A stretch of DNA of 64,000 bases, from NCBI GenBank assembly GCA_000002435.2, contig CM018793.1. The stretch is one strand, 5' to 3'. Position numbers and translations under genes: made by a program. This document shows positions 11,601 to 20,405 of this stretch, piece after piece. The stretch comes from Giardia intestinalis. Its lineage: Eukaryota. Each line of letters opens with the position of its first letter. Position 1 is the first letter of the stretch. The notes beneath the pieces are model-generated. The model searched no databases and was not told the origin of the DNA. It saw nothing but the letters and a program-made list of their open reading frames with translations.

Positions 11601-13672
11601 GACATGTGTTCCTGACCAGTTTGTGCAAGGGCGACGTCGTTTCTTAAGCCACGTCTGATCAATGAGAGGGTTGTCTGGATCAAAAACAGATGGCCGGAAG
11701 CGCTTAGCACAGCGACCACACCTTCTTGAGAGCAAGTTATATCCACAACGGCATCCGAAAAGCACTTGTACGCTGCAATTAGAAAGAGACAGTCATTAGC
11801 ATCAAGTATACCTGCCGGAACCTCCTCAGAGACAGAGTCCTTTCCGGAATAATCCTGGGCATCATAGTAAACAGAGAAGAACCTAACAGAACCATCGGAG
11901 TATCCAGCAACCAAACACACTCCGTTATGAATGAACAATACTTTAGTACCCTTTCCCGAAGCTGATCTTTTTGCCGAAACAATTCTCCGCGAAGCCAAGT
12001 CGTGCATAAATATAACGCCAGAGTCCCCGACAGTAGCCACAAGCGGAGAGCGGATGTTCAGATTATTGATGTCGTTGTTTATGCCAGATAAAAGGAGCGA
12101 GGAGCTGCTATTAACACAGGCAATGCTCCGAACAGGCCCTCCATGACTATAGCAAATACGTCTGATGCTCCGAGATGCTATATCCATAAGAGTTATCCCT
12201 CCGATTCCCGCGTCCTGCATAGCCATCGAGGTAGAATCAGAAGAAAGGACCATATTCCTTATACAAGCCCCATGGCCTATGTAAATCTCCTCTACCGGAG
12301 TGATTTCGAAGAATACCGAATCGTTGTTGTCCACAAATTGTGCTTGGAGAAGCTGATGACCTGACCAGAGTCTTATGTATCCGTCAGATCCAGCCGTGAC
12401 AACCACAGGAAGAAGTGTTAGTGGACTATCTTCATCCGAGTCAGGCTTTCGGGGGGTTGCAGACGCCCCTGCATTCAAATTTGCCTCTTGTTGCTCGCCC
12501 GCAGTTGTGAATGGGCCTTGCACCAATGAGTTATTTGCTTCTGATACTCGAGGAGACCAATTGTCGCTTAACGGTGGTACCCCTCGCTGCAGGAGTGTGT
12601 GGTAAAGCAGAGTCGGAGGGTGGGTTGTCAGTGGTTGACCAAGGACAGTGTCATCATCTCGCTTGGCAGAAACGGCCCCACGCGTAAACAATCCGTCCAG
12701 ATCGCAGCTCATATACTCTATTCTTCCCTCGTGGCACTTCTTCCCCCCAGGCCGTTGAAAGACTAACCGAACCGTGCTAGAATCCCAAAGAACAATTTCG
12801 CCTGTGCCACACCCAGAAAGGATATTCCCTGAAGGAAGCTCTATAAACGCCGTGCAGTCAGAAGAGTCCAGTATACCAAACTTGGCCAACTCGCCTTGCA
12901 ACTTAACTCCTGTAAACGTCTGAGCCATCTTCCAAAACTTCAAATGTGTGCGCCCACCCGTTATCAATCTATCAGTTGTATACTTGCAGAAGCTCACTCT
13001 GTAAACAGGGCTGGTAAACGCCGGGGCCTTGAGGAGGAGACGCCGCTGAGCCCAGTTGAGAACCGACAGCAGATAGTCTGGCCCACAGGACACCGCAGCC
13101 AAGAGAGTCGAATCATGATTGAAGGCCAGGGACTCTATTCCTAGCCTTCCTATATTGGAAAGAGTGACTTTGTGGACCAGGAAGAGCTTGTTATTCACCT
13201 CGATGGGCGGTAGAAGTGGTTCTTCATCTGCTGCATCAGTCTGGCTCTGGTCCACACTCGTACCCTTTACTGTCGTTTCAACATGCTCCAAAAGCTGAGG
13301 GTCTTCAATAGGACGGGCAGGGCCTTCGGGCCGGTCGATAGCGATGCTGAAGATAAGCACTCTAGCGCCTATGCCCTCGCTAGCCAGGCCAACTGCAAGG
13401 TGGCTGCCGTCCCCAGTTGTTGCTACACACGTAACGCCACCCATTGTGAATGAAGGGATAGTGGTCTTTGTACCTGTCGCCGAGTCGATAATATGTAGAG
13501 CACTAGCACTCGCAAAGCACAGGTGCTTGGTGCTTAGATATGCAAGATTAGAAAAGTGGTTTGAGTCGCTTCCAAAAGAATATATCTCTGTATATGAGTC
13601 TGCAGGGATGTTTTGGGAGCAGATTATGGAGTTCCCAACTCGTGTTGGGGCTATAAAGGGGCCAGTGCTCAT
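5672..13672 (-). CDS. Giant protein of about 2666 aa. It has N-terminal WD40-like beta-propeller repeats, a central acidic low-complexity patch and a long C-terminal coiled coil. It could be a flagellar/axonemal CFAP43/44-like protein.
   Basis: The track ORF 5672..13744 starts with TTG, and the first ATG is at 13672 (MSTGPF...). The N-terminal region has repeated GH/WD-like strands. The C-terminal 600 aa are E/K/L/Q-rich heptads. An EEEYDEDGNKIEGKKKKK patch is present. The family assignment is inference only. Confidence 0.7.
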   Translation of the reverse strand: MSTGPFIAPTRVGNSIICSQNIPADSYTEIYSFGSDSNHFSNLAYLSTKHLCFASASALHIIDSATGTKTTIPSFTMGGVTCVATTGDGSHLAVGLASEGIGARVLIFSIAIDRPEGPARPIEDPQLLEHVETTVKGTSVDQSQTDAADEEPLLPPIEVNNKLFLVHKVTLSNIGRLGIESLAFNHDSTLLAAVSCGPDYLLSVLNWAQRRLLLKAPAFTSPVYRVSFCKYTTDRLITGGRTHLKFWKMAQTFTGVKLQGELAKFGILDSSDCTAFIELPSGNILSGCGTGEIVLWDSSTVRLVFQRPGGKKCHEGRIEYMSCDLDGLFTRGAVSAKRDDDTVLGQPLTTHPPTLLYHTLLQRGVPPLSDNWSPRVSEANNSLVQGPFTTAGEQQEANLNAGASATPRKPDSDEDSPLTLLPVVVTAGSDGYIRLWSGHQLLQAQFVDNNDSVFFEITPVEEIYIGHGACIRNMVLSSDSTSMAMQDAGIGGITLMDIASRSIRRICYSHGGPVRSIACVNSSSSLLLSGINNDINNLNIRSPLVATVGDSGVIFMHDLASRRIVSAKRSASGKGTKVLFIHNGVCLVAGYSDGSVRFFSVYYDAQDYSGKDSVSEEVPAGILDANDCLFLIAAYKCFSDAVVDITCSQEGVVAVLSASGHLFLIQTTLSLIRRGLRNDVALAQTGQEHMSSLAKGLLNVRDAAEDESQKKAFELAVMASNGIFGMTGKDILPLGEFDVYYAIFKESPDKLSQRLGHLFYLEPNVLAMAVLNCTSPEDRLVAITLPPANDLIQYRLKSGSSMTDSLSSTTMNLSAPSTEPNLPGEPSSVSYNLMHMFNSVPYFLSIAIPVTPLPGTCEGTIAKVEQAVVQRKISAMLPSRGAMESAMDALLAMEITEEKQEEESTESEEEYDEDGNKIEGKKKKKLNPNDPLYEDMNQPQKFDFVQFSLVNGTGLVRSKDLAGQTHISDVSDIATPGKLAILVKIFIDEEIRNRADSAMASVRARAEASGATASNIAAGDPALFCAALAVAEARAAYRSSLIYLFDYAVIKKSFFSLINANSIGSRSLLMNSGLTPAADDNREESSKESSKKIFIRPEVISPAAHRGPLMDAPALKEAELDDVEFEPQNNKSISLLMRTPIMSFPAMLQPLRDCVMEDALNKELLSAERSGPAGKVFGTLFTIQAGGSVTIEPYRTEDEFASLTQNVLKGEASNLNPLVAMQLLEQKSEWWTAYCAQAVPANGLCYMNVGFGGHVCVIGDRSGNILVYGTHEVKVLLARLQAAYLSANNIQTFDNGLCTRYVRDNIYSTGIKGFKPSVSLVFHEKVFSLISKAVFKEKGADILKQQPDTIPLEGDDLDQQAVVHDYTTAEEQTEVEGASKFLTLEQARLSELDSAANKLGQDGKHAVLLKIQGLRALYDTLVKENASLPLEKRLYPHEISPDLLLAHDWVGREERRAHTIIYDELGDILRGVTAKIQSVLANFPVTEFTYTVRAFANPAFQVTTFKLYPFSEKFESALCEALGIESLDELDQIAYDHRSDSEVANNLTTTSTMRADANIMNPNDTMETSDVSDHSIIDNDQRGSLNQTSVSRLGAVTLTSLSTTKKSLAESNTSATKSALAPLRSSRTTGGSRLGSVAGTRTIKAIDKIIAQTLSNKLGEATIKQDELEDTISDAQIKQQRVLQRVEARQKRKEELRALLAEKPDPSKISPEDEKAYDFSLETFGQFPLKTTEDYVFKVGQLAQQHEDATGAGKNVPPVNVYENKEGRWLQFLLAIKGLHDAQKDFNERVAVLFACKQAVVECVNTLKKEALRITASIKHMAGHLIAADIDARLAKYEFSADPDKLLSMISIHPDEIAHIRRMEVHDRYIRNWASSKLADTPLDQIDNTTLCLQLQSCYSHAPGEFFNESDPAGSDPLALQYLEFCVSNKIISSDEADRLQKLLDVPPTGIQSAVQEIVLSSSEALGGLRYGTLPKLNYPLSNDANDSNDESSSESDKVNEDEENEDEDELVNMCRPYINTAIFMGVQGLDSSVNKSSSILAINDLKDPDTNANAQHFPVGSVPHGARAKKHPLAKDVLLYSGYQIQEATCVRPTAALAAQNAQHAPSLYNRHDTYDITSTLAQHNNLQMNVFQGTQSYDSTKAISVFSKMQVSQDYAQKAHYWISLALYCRSQILNKMLSLATAFDNAVRELQYSSVQLKMDFARMRIRIISLFQQTEIHHLYITRDAKSMEHLENCKNEHRQITIQLEHLRKQISQKTEEAMAVGTNLQKLLREFNNSISTDAPFRTKLIKIYNKKYRAPKPIKPQADAEPAGLEATLVGGGATKKALGSTNPDDYMDESDESSELSNLSEGGVEDDDEPVDETVAPEGVSNELFNFVLNLRSKKRDYDAQLAAIHQEADQLKQQYLVLQKREKAAVSATDAANRELTQFRAGKQKELNSVQTAALVTMGQYAYMSEDDTIIEDLSNALLFDAKEIQNLKARIDLRKKQLRHFAQIGESLKDTHYELLQKEKQAQKDYKIYSEKLEAVQMLKFGQLIDIAKLDSACINEQAEELTRILNQEELEFKQDQLYKETILERGRDQLKYALDKNTELVLELARLERESLELDRAILDRQRKAPKAWCSDNKQELVRQEYNSLKQEIINRERELRTLVDEIAILKNHGS

Positions 13673-13716
13673 GAGCAAATTTTCTTTTTCGGTGTGCAAA
13701 ATATGACTGTCAATGC

Positions 13717-14325
13717 CTAAAACCACACGACCCGCTGGGGCCAAAGCGTTTTCAAGAAAAGCGAAAATTCATCTACCGAGAACAAGAGCCTTTTTGCCAA
13801 CGAGACCCCAGCAAGTGCGCGAGGAAGATCGTTGCTGTTTATCGTCTCCGTCAGTTTAGCTATCAGCTCTGGGCTCGGCACGTGGTTCTGCACGGCGCCC
13901 AACAGTGCTGCGACTCTCACTGCTATGTCACGTCCCTCGCCATTGAGTGCATGTATGATAATATTGTCTAGAGATTCCCCAGTGTAAGTTGAGTTAGAAT
14001 AGGCCAACAGTTGACATACTTGGCCATCATCCAGTCCTGATATCATAGGCAATGTCATTGTGATCTCCTTTGTACTTACGTCGTGGGCAAGCCGCCTGAG
14101 AACTTCCATTGACAAGTCTGTAGAGAGTTCAGTATGCCTGGGAGACGTGGCATCTAGTAGCAACCGTGAGCTCAAGCTTATAGCGTTCTCTAATACCCTG
14201 GTGGCTACTTCGGCCTCCTCTATCAATGCTATCAGGCGATGCAGCGTTATGATGGTCGTTTCCCATGGCCTCCGCGATCGAATGATGATGATTGCAAGAG
14301 CAAGCTTCGTCGGTTCACCGTGCAT
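13717..14325 (-). CDS. Hypothetical helical protein of about 202 aa
   Basis: The track ORF 13717..14391 starts with TTG, and the first ATG is at 14325 (MHGEPTKLAL...). It sits between the giant gene start and the kinase start with spacers of about 44 and 48 bp. There is no recognisable domain, so coding status is uncertain. Confidence 0.35.
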   Translation of the reverse strand: MHGEPTKLALAIIIIRSRRPWETTIITLHRLIALIEEAEVATRVLENAISLSSRLLLDATSPRHTELSTDLSMEVLRRLAHDVSTKEITMTLPMISGLDDGQVCQLLAYSNSTYTGESLDNIIIHALNGEGRDIAVRVAALLGAVQNHVPSPELIAKLTETINSNDLPRALAGVSLAKRLLFSVDEFSLFLKTLWPQRVVWF

Positions 14326-14373
14326 AAGCCGGCAGTGAGGCAAATAAAAATCAAAATTACTGCATACCCTCCC

Positions 14374-16152
14374 ATGGCTACAACTTTTCAAACTGCCTAT
14401 GAATTGATAGACAAGATTGGGCAGGGCGGATTTGGGTCCGTCTATAAGGTACGGCGGCGCTCAGATGGGGCTATTTTTGCTTCTAAGGAAATAGATTATG
14501 CAAACTTCTCCGAGGCCAAACACAAATTAGTAACTTTTGAGACAGAGTTGTTAAGTACTCTACACCACCCAGCCATTGCTGGGCTTGTGGAGCTATATGA
14601 CGACACAGAACGAGACGTCCTCTATATCATCATGGAGCTTTTCGAGAGGGGAGATCTAAAGAACTTCATTAAGAATTTAAGGATCCAACTTCTTTGTGTG
14701 TCTGAGGCGCAGGTGTGGTTCTTTCTTGAGCAGATCCTTGCAGCACTCTGTTACATGCATGATAATCAGACGGACCCTCAGCGTCCAAAAAAGATCATAC
14801 ATAGGGATATAAAGCCAGAGAATATTGTTATCACGCAAGATGGCCGCGTTAAGCTAATTGACTTTGGTATCTGTAAGGAGCTTGTTGATTGCTCAGTCAC
14901 CCACACGCGTTGTGGAACATCTCAGTATGCTGCACCCGAGGTATTTGTTAAGAAACCGTCCTATGATGAACGGATAGATATTTGGGCTCTGGGCTGTGTT
15001 GCGTATGAGCTCGCCTCTAGCAAGTCTCTTTTCCCGGCTGACAAGGCTCCTACAGTTGCCATAAAAGAAGTACCGCCGATAAGCCTTCCAGGATTTAGCC
15101 CACTGCTTGCCGAATTTATCTCATCCATGGTGGTTATTAACCCCGAGGCGCGCCACTCGGCCAAACAGTTGTTGAAACATCTCCAGAATTTGCGTCTGGA
15201 GAAGCAAGCTCTTTCATCTAGCAAATTTGCATTATCCCTCAGTGTGTCGCCACTTTTTTATGATCCTCGTCAACGCCTAGACGCCCGTCTCAATCGCCAG
15301 GACAAGACAGAACTGCAGCTCTTTGCAATAGGCGGGCAGACAACGACTCTGAAGGACACGCTTATAACCGCAGTGTGCTGCGTAAATAATGAAGGCAAGA
15401 CTGCTCTGCACCTTGCAGCTAAAGCCAATAAGAAGTTTGTGGCCAAGACATTGATTCCGCATGAAGCAGGATTAATAGATAATGCTGGAAGCACAGCTTT
15501 TTCAATTGCGGTGAAGATGGGGCACACAGACATCGCCGAGATGTTGGCGCCCTTTGAGGCTTTCGCCTGCATTTCGAAAGGTGCAGGCCCCAACGACACC
15601 GATGAATTTGGAATGACTCCCTTGATGTGGGCAGCCATTACAAACGATGTGGGATCTGTCAGTGTATGTTTAGCCAAGGGGCTATACGTCGGACTTCAAG
15701 ATCACGATGGTATGACTGCCCTTATGCATGCCGCGCAAAATGGAAACACTGACTGCTGCAAAATGCTTCTAGAAGCAGAATCTGGCGTTGCCAATCGTCG
15801 CGGTGAAACTGCGCTCTTCTTTGCTGTTGCTGCTGATCACGTTGATATCATCGACCTACTCTTTGAAAAGGAAGCCACTATCTCAGTTAGAGCCGCAGTA
15901 AAAGGTCACAGAACCATATTGGAGGCGGCTTCGTTTGTAGGAAATATGGACGTCATCTCAAGGCTGCTTCCGCTCTGTGCCCCGTCTACCTCAGGTGACC
16001 CTATGTTTTGGAGCACTCTTGCTCAAAACGTTACGGCTACTGCTTCTCTCCAGTATAAAAAGTACGGAAGCCTAACAGACAATCTCCGCTACCTTAGTGC
16101 TATCTTAAGCCACCTCACTTGCATGGACTCTATGCACAATTCTACAGCATGA
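14374..16152 (+). CDS. NEK-family Ser/Thr protein kinase with C-terminal ankyrin repeats
   Basis: The ATG at 14374 gives MATTFQTAYELIDKIGQGGFGSVYKV (glycine loop), then ASKEI (beta3 Lys), HRDIKPENIVI, DFGICKE and APE-like motifs. The C-terminal half carries ankyrin repeats (GKTALHLAA, GMTPLMWAA, GMTALMHAAQNGN, GETALFFAV). The track ORF start 14239 is not ATG. Confidence 0.9.
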   Translation: MATTFQTAYELIDKIGQGGFGSVYKVRRRSDGAIFASKEIDYANFSEAKHKLVTFETELLSTLHHPAIAGLVELYDDTERDVLYIIMELFERGDLKNFIKNLRIQLLCVSEAQVWFFLEQILAALCYMHDNQTDPQRPKKIIHRDIKPENIVITQDGRVKLIDFGICKELVDCSVTHTRCGTSQYAAPEVFVKKPSYDERIDIWALGCVAYELASSKSLFPADKAPTVAIKEVPPISLPGFSPLLAEFISSMVVINPEARHSAKQLLKHLQNLRLEKQALSSSKFALSLSVSPLFYDPRQRLDARLNRQDKTELQLFAIGGQTTTLKDTLITAVCCVNNEGKTALHLAAKANKKFVAKTLIPHEAGLIDNAGSTAFSIAVKMGHTDIAEMLAPFEAFACISKGAGPNDTDEFGMTPLMWAAITNDVGSVSVCLAKGLYVGLQDHDGMTALMHAAQNGNTDCCKMLLEAESGVANRRGETALFFAVAADHVDIIDLLFEKEATISVRAAVKGHRTILEAASFVGNMDVISRLLPLCAPSTSGDPMFWSTLAQNVTATASLQYKKYGSLTDNLRYLSAILSHLTCMDSMHNSTA

Positions 16153-16271
16153 GTGTCTGGTTGTACCGCACTCCCTCCCCCGCATTTCTTCAACTTGTAC
16201 GCTGCCTTCCGGCCAGCAGAAACGCTTTTGTTTACTCTACGTCTGTGCCACTACACCTTTACGTATTCTAA

Positions 16272-17291
16272 TTAGATATCTTCGCGTGTTAGCGCAACAG
16301 TCCATATCCACGCTAGCTTTTCTGCCTCCAACGGGTCGTGACGGTACAGTGAAGGCATAAACCTAGCTGTCATGATTCTGCGCCACCCGCTGTGCTTACA
16401 CCTGAATGACTTGTTCCTTTTTATTTCTGCTACAACAGAGTTATATTCTGTGTCCTCAATGTCCTGCACAACGCGCAAGTTTTGATCTACGGGGTCTTCG
16501 CGTTGCTTGAATGCCTGGATCACTATGTCCGCTGGGGTTTGCGTTTTCTTGAGTTTTGCACGCGTTGTGGTATCCATTGCAATCATACCGCAGTGAGATG
16601 CACTCATCATTGACCCGAAGAACATCCCGAACATGCTCCCCATGATGCAGAGCACAACAGGAATGATTACGGTGAAGAAATCTGTGTCGCTCTTTTGTAT
16701 GCATACTATAATTGCGGTGATAGACATCACGAAGACCCAAGTACAGTATAGGCCAATGCCCGCTGTCCCGAGTATAAAATAGAAGTGGTTCCTAAACCCC
16801 ACGTCTGTTCCAACCCATGGACAATGATGATCAAGGTACATGACACAGTGGCCACATGTGTTGCAGTGAGAGGCTCCGGGTGGACGGACAATATTGCATG
16901 TCTTGCAGAGAACGGCCGGGATGTTAGCTCCTGCAATAGAATAAATAACATTTTGCTGTGCCTCTCCAGGCTTAGCAGTGGATGGGGCATCTGCTTCCGG
17001 CACCGGGACTGTGTCTGAGGGGTCCGGGGGGAAGCGTGGTACGGGGCTTCGGGGGAGGTAGCCTGGATCTACCCAAGCAGGAAGACTGAAGACCATCACA
17101 CAGAAAATGGAGAGTATGGGCCCAAGAGAGTAGGCAATGTAGGGGGTAAATGTTGAAGACACAAAGGGAGCGACATAAGCAGTGGAAAGAATTGCATAAA
17201 ATACATAGACAATACATGTGACAAAGTAGCATGCGAAGTTCGTGCCAACCATCATGGTGCCGGAACAGCACAAACGAGGCTCGCGACACAT
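16272..17291 (-). CDS. DHHC-type protein S-palmitoyltransferase (zDHHC)
   Basis: The canonical DHHC cysteine-rich domain is CKTCNIVRPPGASHCNTCGHCVMYLDHHCPWVGTDVGFRNHFYF, flanked by four TM helices. It has an ATG start. Confidence 0.88.
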   Translation of the reverse strand: MCREPRLCCSGTMMVGTNFACYFVTCIVYVFYAILSTAYVAPFVSSTFTPYIAYSLGPILSIFCVMVFSLPAWVDPGYLPRSPVPRFPPDPSDTVPVPEADAPSTAKPGEAQQNVIYSIAGANIPAVLCKTCNIVRPPGASHCNTCGHCVMYLDHHCPWVGTDVGFRNHFYFILGTAGIGLYCTWVFVMSITAIIVCIQKSDTDFFTVIIPVVLCIMGSMFGMFFGSMMSASHCGMIAMDTTTRAKLKKTQTPADIVIQAFKQREDPVDQNLRVVQDIEDTEYNSVVAEIKRNKSFRCKHSGWRRIMTARFMPSLYRHDPLEAEKLAWIWTVALTREDI

Positions 17292-17323
17292 AAAAATTTT
17301 TCTTTAAGCCCCTGGCACGGCCC

Positions 17324-20248
17324 TCAACATCCCTGCTTTGCACGTTTTTCTGACATCTTTACCACATAAATCGTCACGAGCTTCAGTTGGCTGGCGCTGA
17401 GCCTGTTGAGGTATGGAGTGAAGTCTTCCCCAACCAGGTAATACAGGTCCACCAAGCAATAAACAACTGCCTTTCTGATGTCTGGGTTTTCATTTGAAAA
17501 GGCTCGCATCAGACCAGGAAACACGCTATCGATATCTTCAAGCAGAAGTGCGTTATCTTTGTAAAAGTGGCTAGTCTTGGCAAGGAGCCGCAAACTTCCG
17601 TGCAGGACCACGTCGGCTGCAGTATTGACAATAGAGGAGTATCCCTTGAATACATTTCGCACTGGAAGGACGGTTGGTAGGAGGAGAAGGACCGCGTCGG
17701 CAGCACGTCTTACGATCAATTCAGGATCCTTGTAGATCTCTAATATGGGTAGAAGAAACACGTCTAGGATGTCTTCGAGTAGCGCCCCGTCAGAAACAAC
17801 GATCAGTCTGATTATGCCAAGTGCCTCTAGCCTTACGGCAAGAGACGAATGCTTGGTTAGGTCCAGCAGCACCAATATAGCCTGTGCATAAGACCTTCTT
17901 AGCTCAGATTGTAGCTCTGGAAAACTGTTAGTCCACTGCTTCATAAGGCTCAGAAGCACATTGTCTGGTTGAGTGCTTAACGCTAAATTGCTCAAGATCC
18001 CATTAAGACGCGTTGCTGTCTGAGTGTTCGTTACCAGCTCATCTACGTCGTCTAGGTCATCGTATGCTATGGTACTAGCTTGTTTTGCTGCAGTGTGCAC
18101 AGGACCGTTGTGCTCTGGCCGTGCCGTAGCAGACACTGTCTTTCCCCGCTCTGAAGATGCAGTAGCACTGATTGGCGTTTTGCGCGATATCCTCGAGCTT
18201 TGCTGCGAGCTTGACGCGTGTGGTAGCGCTCCAGTGGATGTGCTGGACACCTGCTCTACTGCTACATCTTGGCAACCCAAGGCGTCGGTGAAGCCACTTG
18301 GAAGTCCTCCCACAGAGCTCCAGCCTATGAACTTGTCGATAGTCTCAATCAATAAGACCTTCCAATTGAAATCTATATCCATACATTTGACATAAGCGAA
18401 ACGACTAGCTGACCGGAGCCACTCCATTAAAAAGTCATCTGATGCTAGCGGTACACGTTTAGTTTTGTGGGTTTTCCCAGAGATATAGTAATAGCTAAGA
18501 CAGGTTTCTCGTACAGATGCCTCTATTTTCGGTGCCTTGGAGCCTAGAAGCTGAGACGATTTCGACCAAAAGCTCAGCCGTAAGATCCGCATCACCAGCA
18601 AGGCACACTTAGCTGTGATCCGTGTGCGCTGTAGCGCGTCGTCTGCCAACTTGCAAAAAAGTTGAATTATATCTGCCTCGTGTCGCAACCAGAAGTCTAT
18701 CTCAGAACAGAACCCTCTTCCGGCTAGATACCCTTCTGAATGCAGGCACGCTGAAATAAATAGTAGCAAGATATACTCTATTACGTGTGCCCGTACGTGC
18801 GATGACTTATCTGCCTGCCCGTGCTTCACAAGTCTAGCAAGTGCCATTTTTGGATTGCAGTATACAATGATTGCCCGCATGGTAGCGTCAGCGGATGTCT
18901 CATAACAGGCACCCTTTTGGTTCAAGAGTCTAATAAGTGGGTCTATCAGATCTACTACAAAACGGGTGCCATACGTGCCGTACCTCTGGGCATATAACTC
19001 AAGGAAGATGCACATCTCTCGAGATAGTATGCTTCGTCGAGACATGACACACGCGACTATCTGTGCGAGGTTTTGTGAAAGAAAATCAGTGAATGTCTGT
19101 GCAAATATCTGCGTGCTGAGCGTTACACCTGCTTCTGAGTCAATAATTATCAAAGATATTAGGGCTTTCACCGTGTCCAGTTGTATGGTCCAATTTGCTT
19201 CATTCTTAAGGTTTGCAGAGAATACAGAGAAGATGGCGTTCAGCTCATCTACCATTTTTTGCTCCTCGAGCCGTAGGATGCTGTGAAACTTCTTCTGAGT
19301 AAGATCTGTGCCAGCAGACACAAGTGAATTGGGCGAAAAAAGGAGATCATAAGAATAGAGTGGCCGATAGGGATAGTACGAAGCTTGCTGTGTCGGTGGA
19401 ACAATAGAAAGAGGGTTTGATTGTCCGTCTGGATCTTGGGTTGACGGGGGCGGAAATAAGCTGATGGCTGTGTCTGTGGCCGATGGTATTGACCCTCCTG
19501 TGCCTCCAATACCAGATCTCCCAGGGATGTTGGAAGCACTGGTCTCGCGCCTCACTCCGCTTCTGTTTACGCCACTGCTGGTTGGCTTCTGTATGCCGTG
19601 GTCTCGCGACTCCTTGTCTTTATCTCCCCCCGACTGACCTGCCAGTCGTGCTAGGCTGTCTGGATACTCTTCTGTCAAATTTGCAAGTGCTACCGTCGCC
19701 TGTGACCGAACAACAGGGGAACTATCCTTCGTCAACTCTGTAAATCGAGGAACGACCTTTGCCAGTGCCTTTACGTCAGGCTTTCCAAGCTCCAGGAGAA
19801 TAGTAGACAGCAGCTGAATGGTCGTCTCTCGAACGCCCGCGTTCTTGTGTGCCAGTGCAGTCATGCAAACCCCAAGGTTGATATCGAAATCGGACACAAC
19901 CGTGCTCTTCATCAGAAAATATGCAAGACTGTATGCACACTCTTTGACGCTTGGCCGCACATGGCCAAATTTGTCTAGGGTAGAGGATAGGAGTCTCTGG
20001 CCGTAAGTCTTGGTCAAGAAGGCTGTGTTACGCGATAAGATTATCTGTACAGCCTCCAATGAGTATGTAACAACTTTGAAATTTGTATCATCGAAGTTTC
20101 CCGTTAAGGCGTCGACAAACACAGAAACATTATCTGGGGCCACTGTTTCGCCCGACTTAAGCATCCCAATAAATTTCTCTAGTGCCTTGAATCTTTCGGC
20201 CGTTGGGCCCACTGAAAGGGATTCTGCTACCTGTGGATCTAGTGGCAT
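17324..20248 (-). CDS. CLASP-like microtubule plus-end protein with HEAT/TOG domains
   Basis: The N-terminal TOG aligns with CLASP TOG1: FKVVTYSLEAVQIILSR resembles YKVVLLGMDILSALVTR, and KNAGVRETTIQLLSTIL resembles KNFRTREGICLCLIATL. A C-terminal HEAT/TOG-like region resembles the CLASP C-terminus. ATG start. Confidence 0.7.
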   Translation of the reverse strand: MPLDPQVAESLSVGPTAERFKALEKFIGMLKSGETVAPDNVSVFVDALTGNFDDTNFKVVTYSLEAVQIILSRNTAFLTKTYGQRLLSSTLDKFGHVRPSVKECAYSLAYFLMKSTVVSDFDINLGVCMTALAHKNAGVRETTIQLLSTILLELGKPDVKALAKVVPRFTELTKDSSPVVRSQATVALANLTEEYPDSLARLAGQSGGDKDKESRDHGIQKPTSSGVNRSGVRRETSASNIPGRSGIGGTGGSIPSATDTAISLFPPPSTQDPDGQSNPLSIVPPTQQASYYPYRPLYSYDLLFSPNSLVSAGTDLTQKKFHSILRLEEQKMVDELNAIFSVFSANLKNEANWTIQLDTVKALISLIIIDSEAGVTLSTQIFAQTFTDFLSQNLAQIVACVMSRRSILSREMCIFLELYAQRYGTYGTRFVVDLIDPLIRLLNQKGACYETSADATMRAIIVYCNPKMALARLVKHGQADKSSHVRAHVIEYILLLFISACLHSEGYLAGRGFCSEIDFWLRHEADIIQLFCKLADDALQRTRITAKCALLVMRILRLSFWSKSSQLLGSKAPKIEASVRETCLSYYYISGKTHKTKRVPLASDDFLMEWLRSASRFAYVKCMDIDFNWKVLLIETIDKFIGWSSVGGLPSGFTDALGCQDVAVEQVSSTSTGALPHASSSQQSSRISRKTPISATASSERGKTVSATARPEHNGPVHTAAKQASTIAYDDLDDVDELVTNTQTATRLNGILSNLALSTQPDNVLLSLMKQWTNSFPELQSELRRSYAQAILVLLDLTKHSSLAVRLEALGIIRLIVVSDGALLEDILDVFLLPILEIYKDPELIVRRAADAVLLLLPTVLPVRNVFKGYSSIVNTAADVVLHGSLRLLAKTSHFYKDNALLLEDIDSVFPGLMRAFSNENPDIRKAVVYCLVDLYYLVGEDFTPYLNRLSASQLKLVTIYVVKMSEKRAKQGC

Positions 20249-20405
20249 TAGCCCAGTTAATAAAATTTTAGAGCAAGATTTACTGCACTCACGTACTCGT
20301 CTGTCCGATGCACTCTGAAAGATGAAGAGTAAGCGATGCTGTAGGATACTGCAAGAGAGCTATAGCTGTATTTTCCTGTCTTTGGGATCTGCTGGACGTG
20401 TTAGT

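Noticed and set aside
14239-14373. 45-codon N-terminal extension of the NEK kinase
   Set aside because: Position 14239 is not an ATG. Giardia NEKs start directly at the glycine-loop region, and the extension would overlap the 13717..14325 gene.
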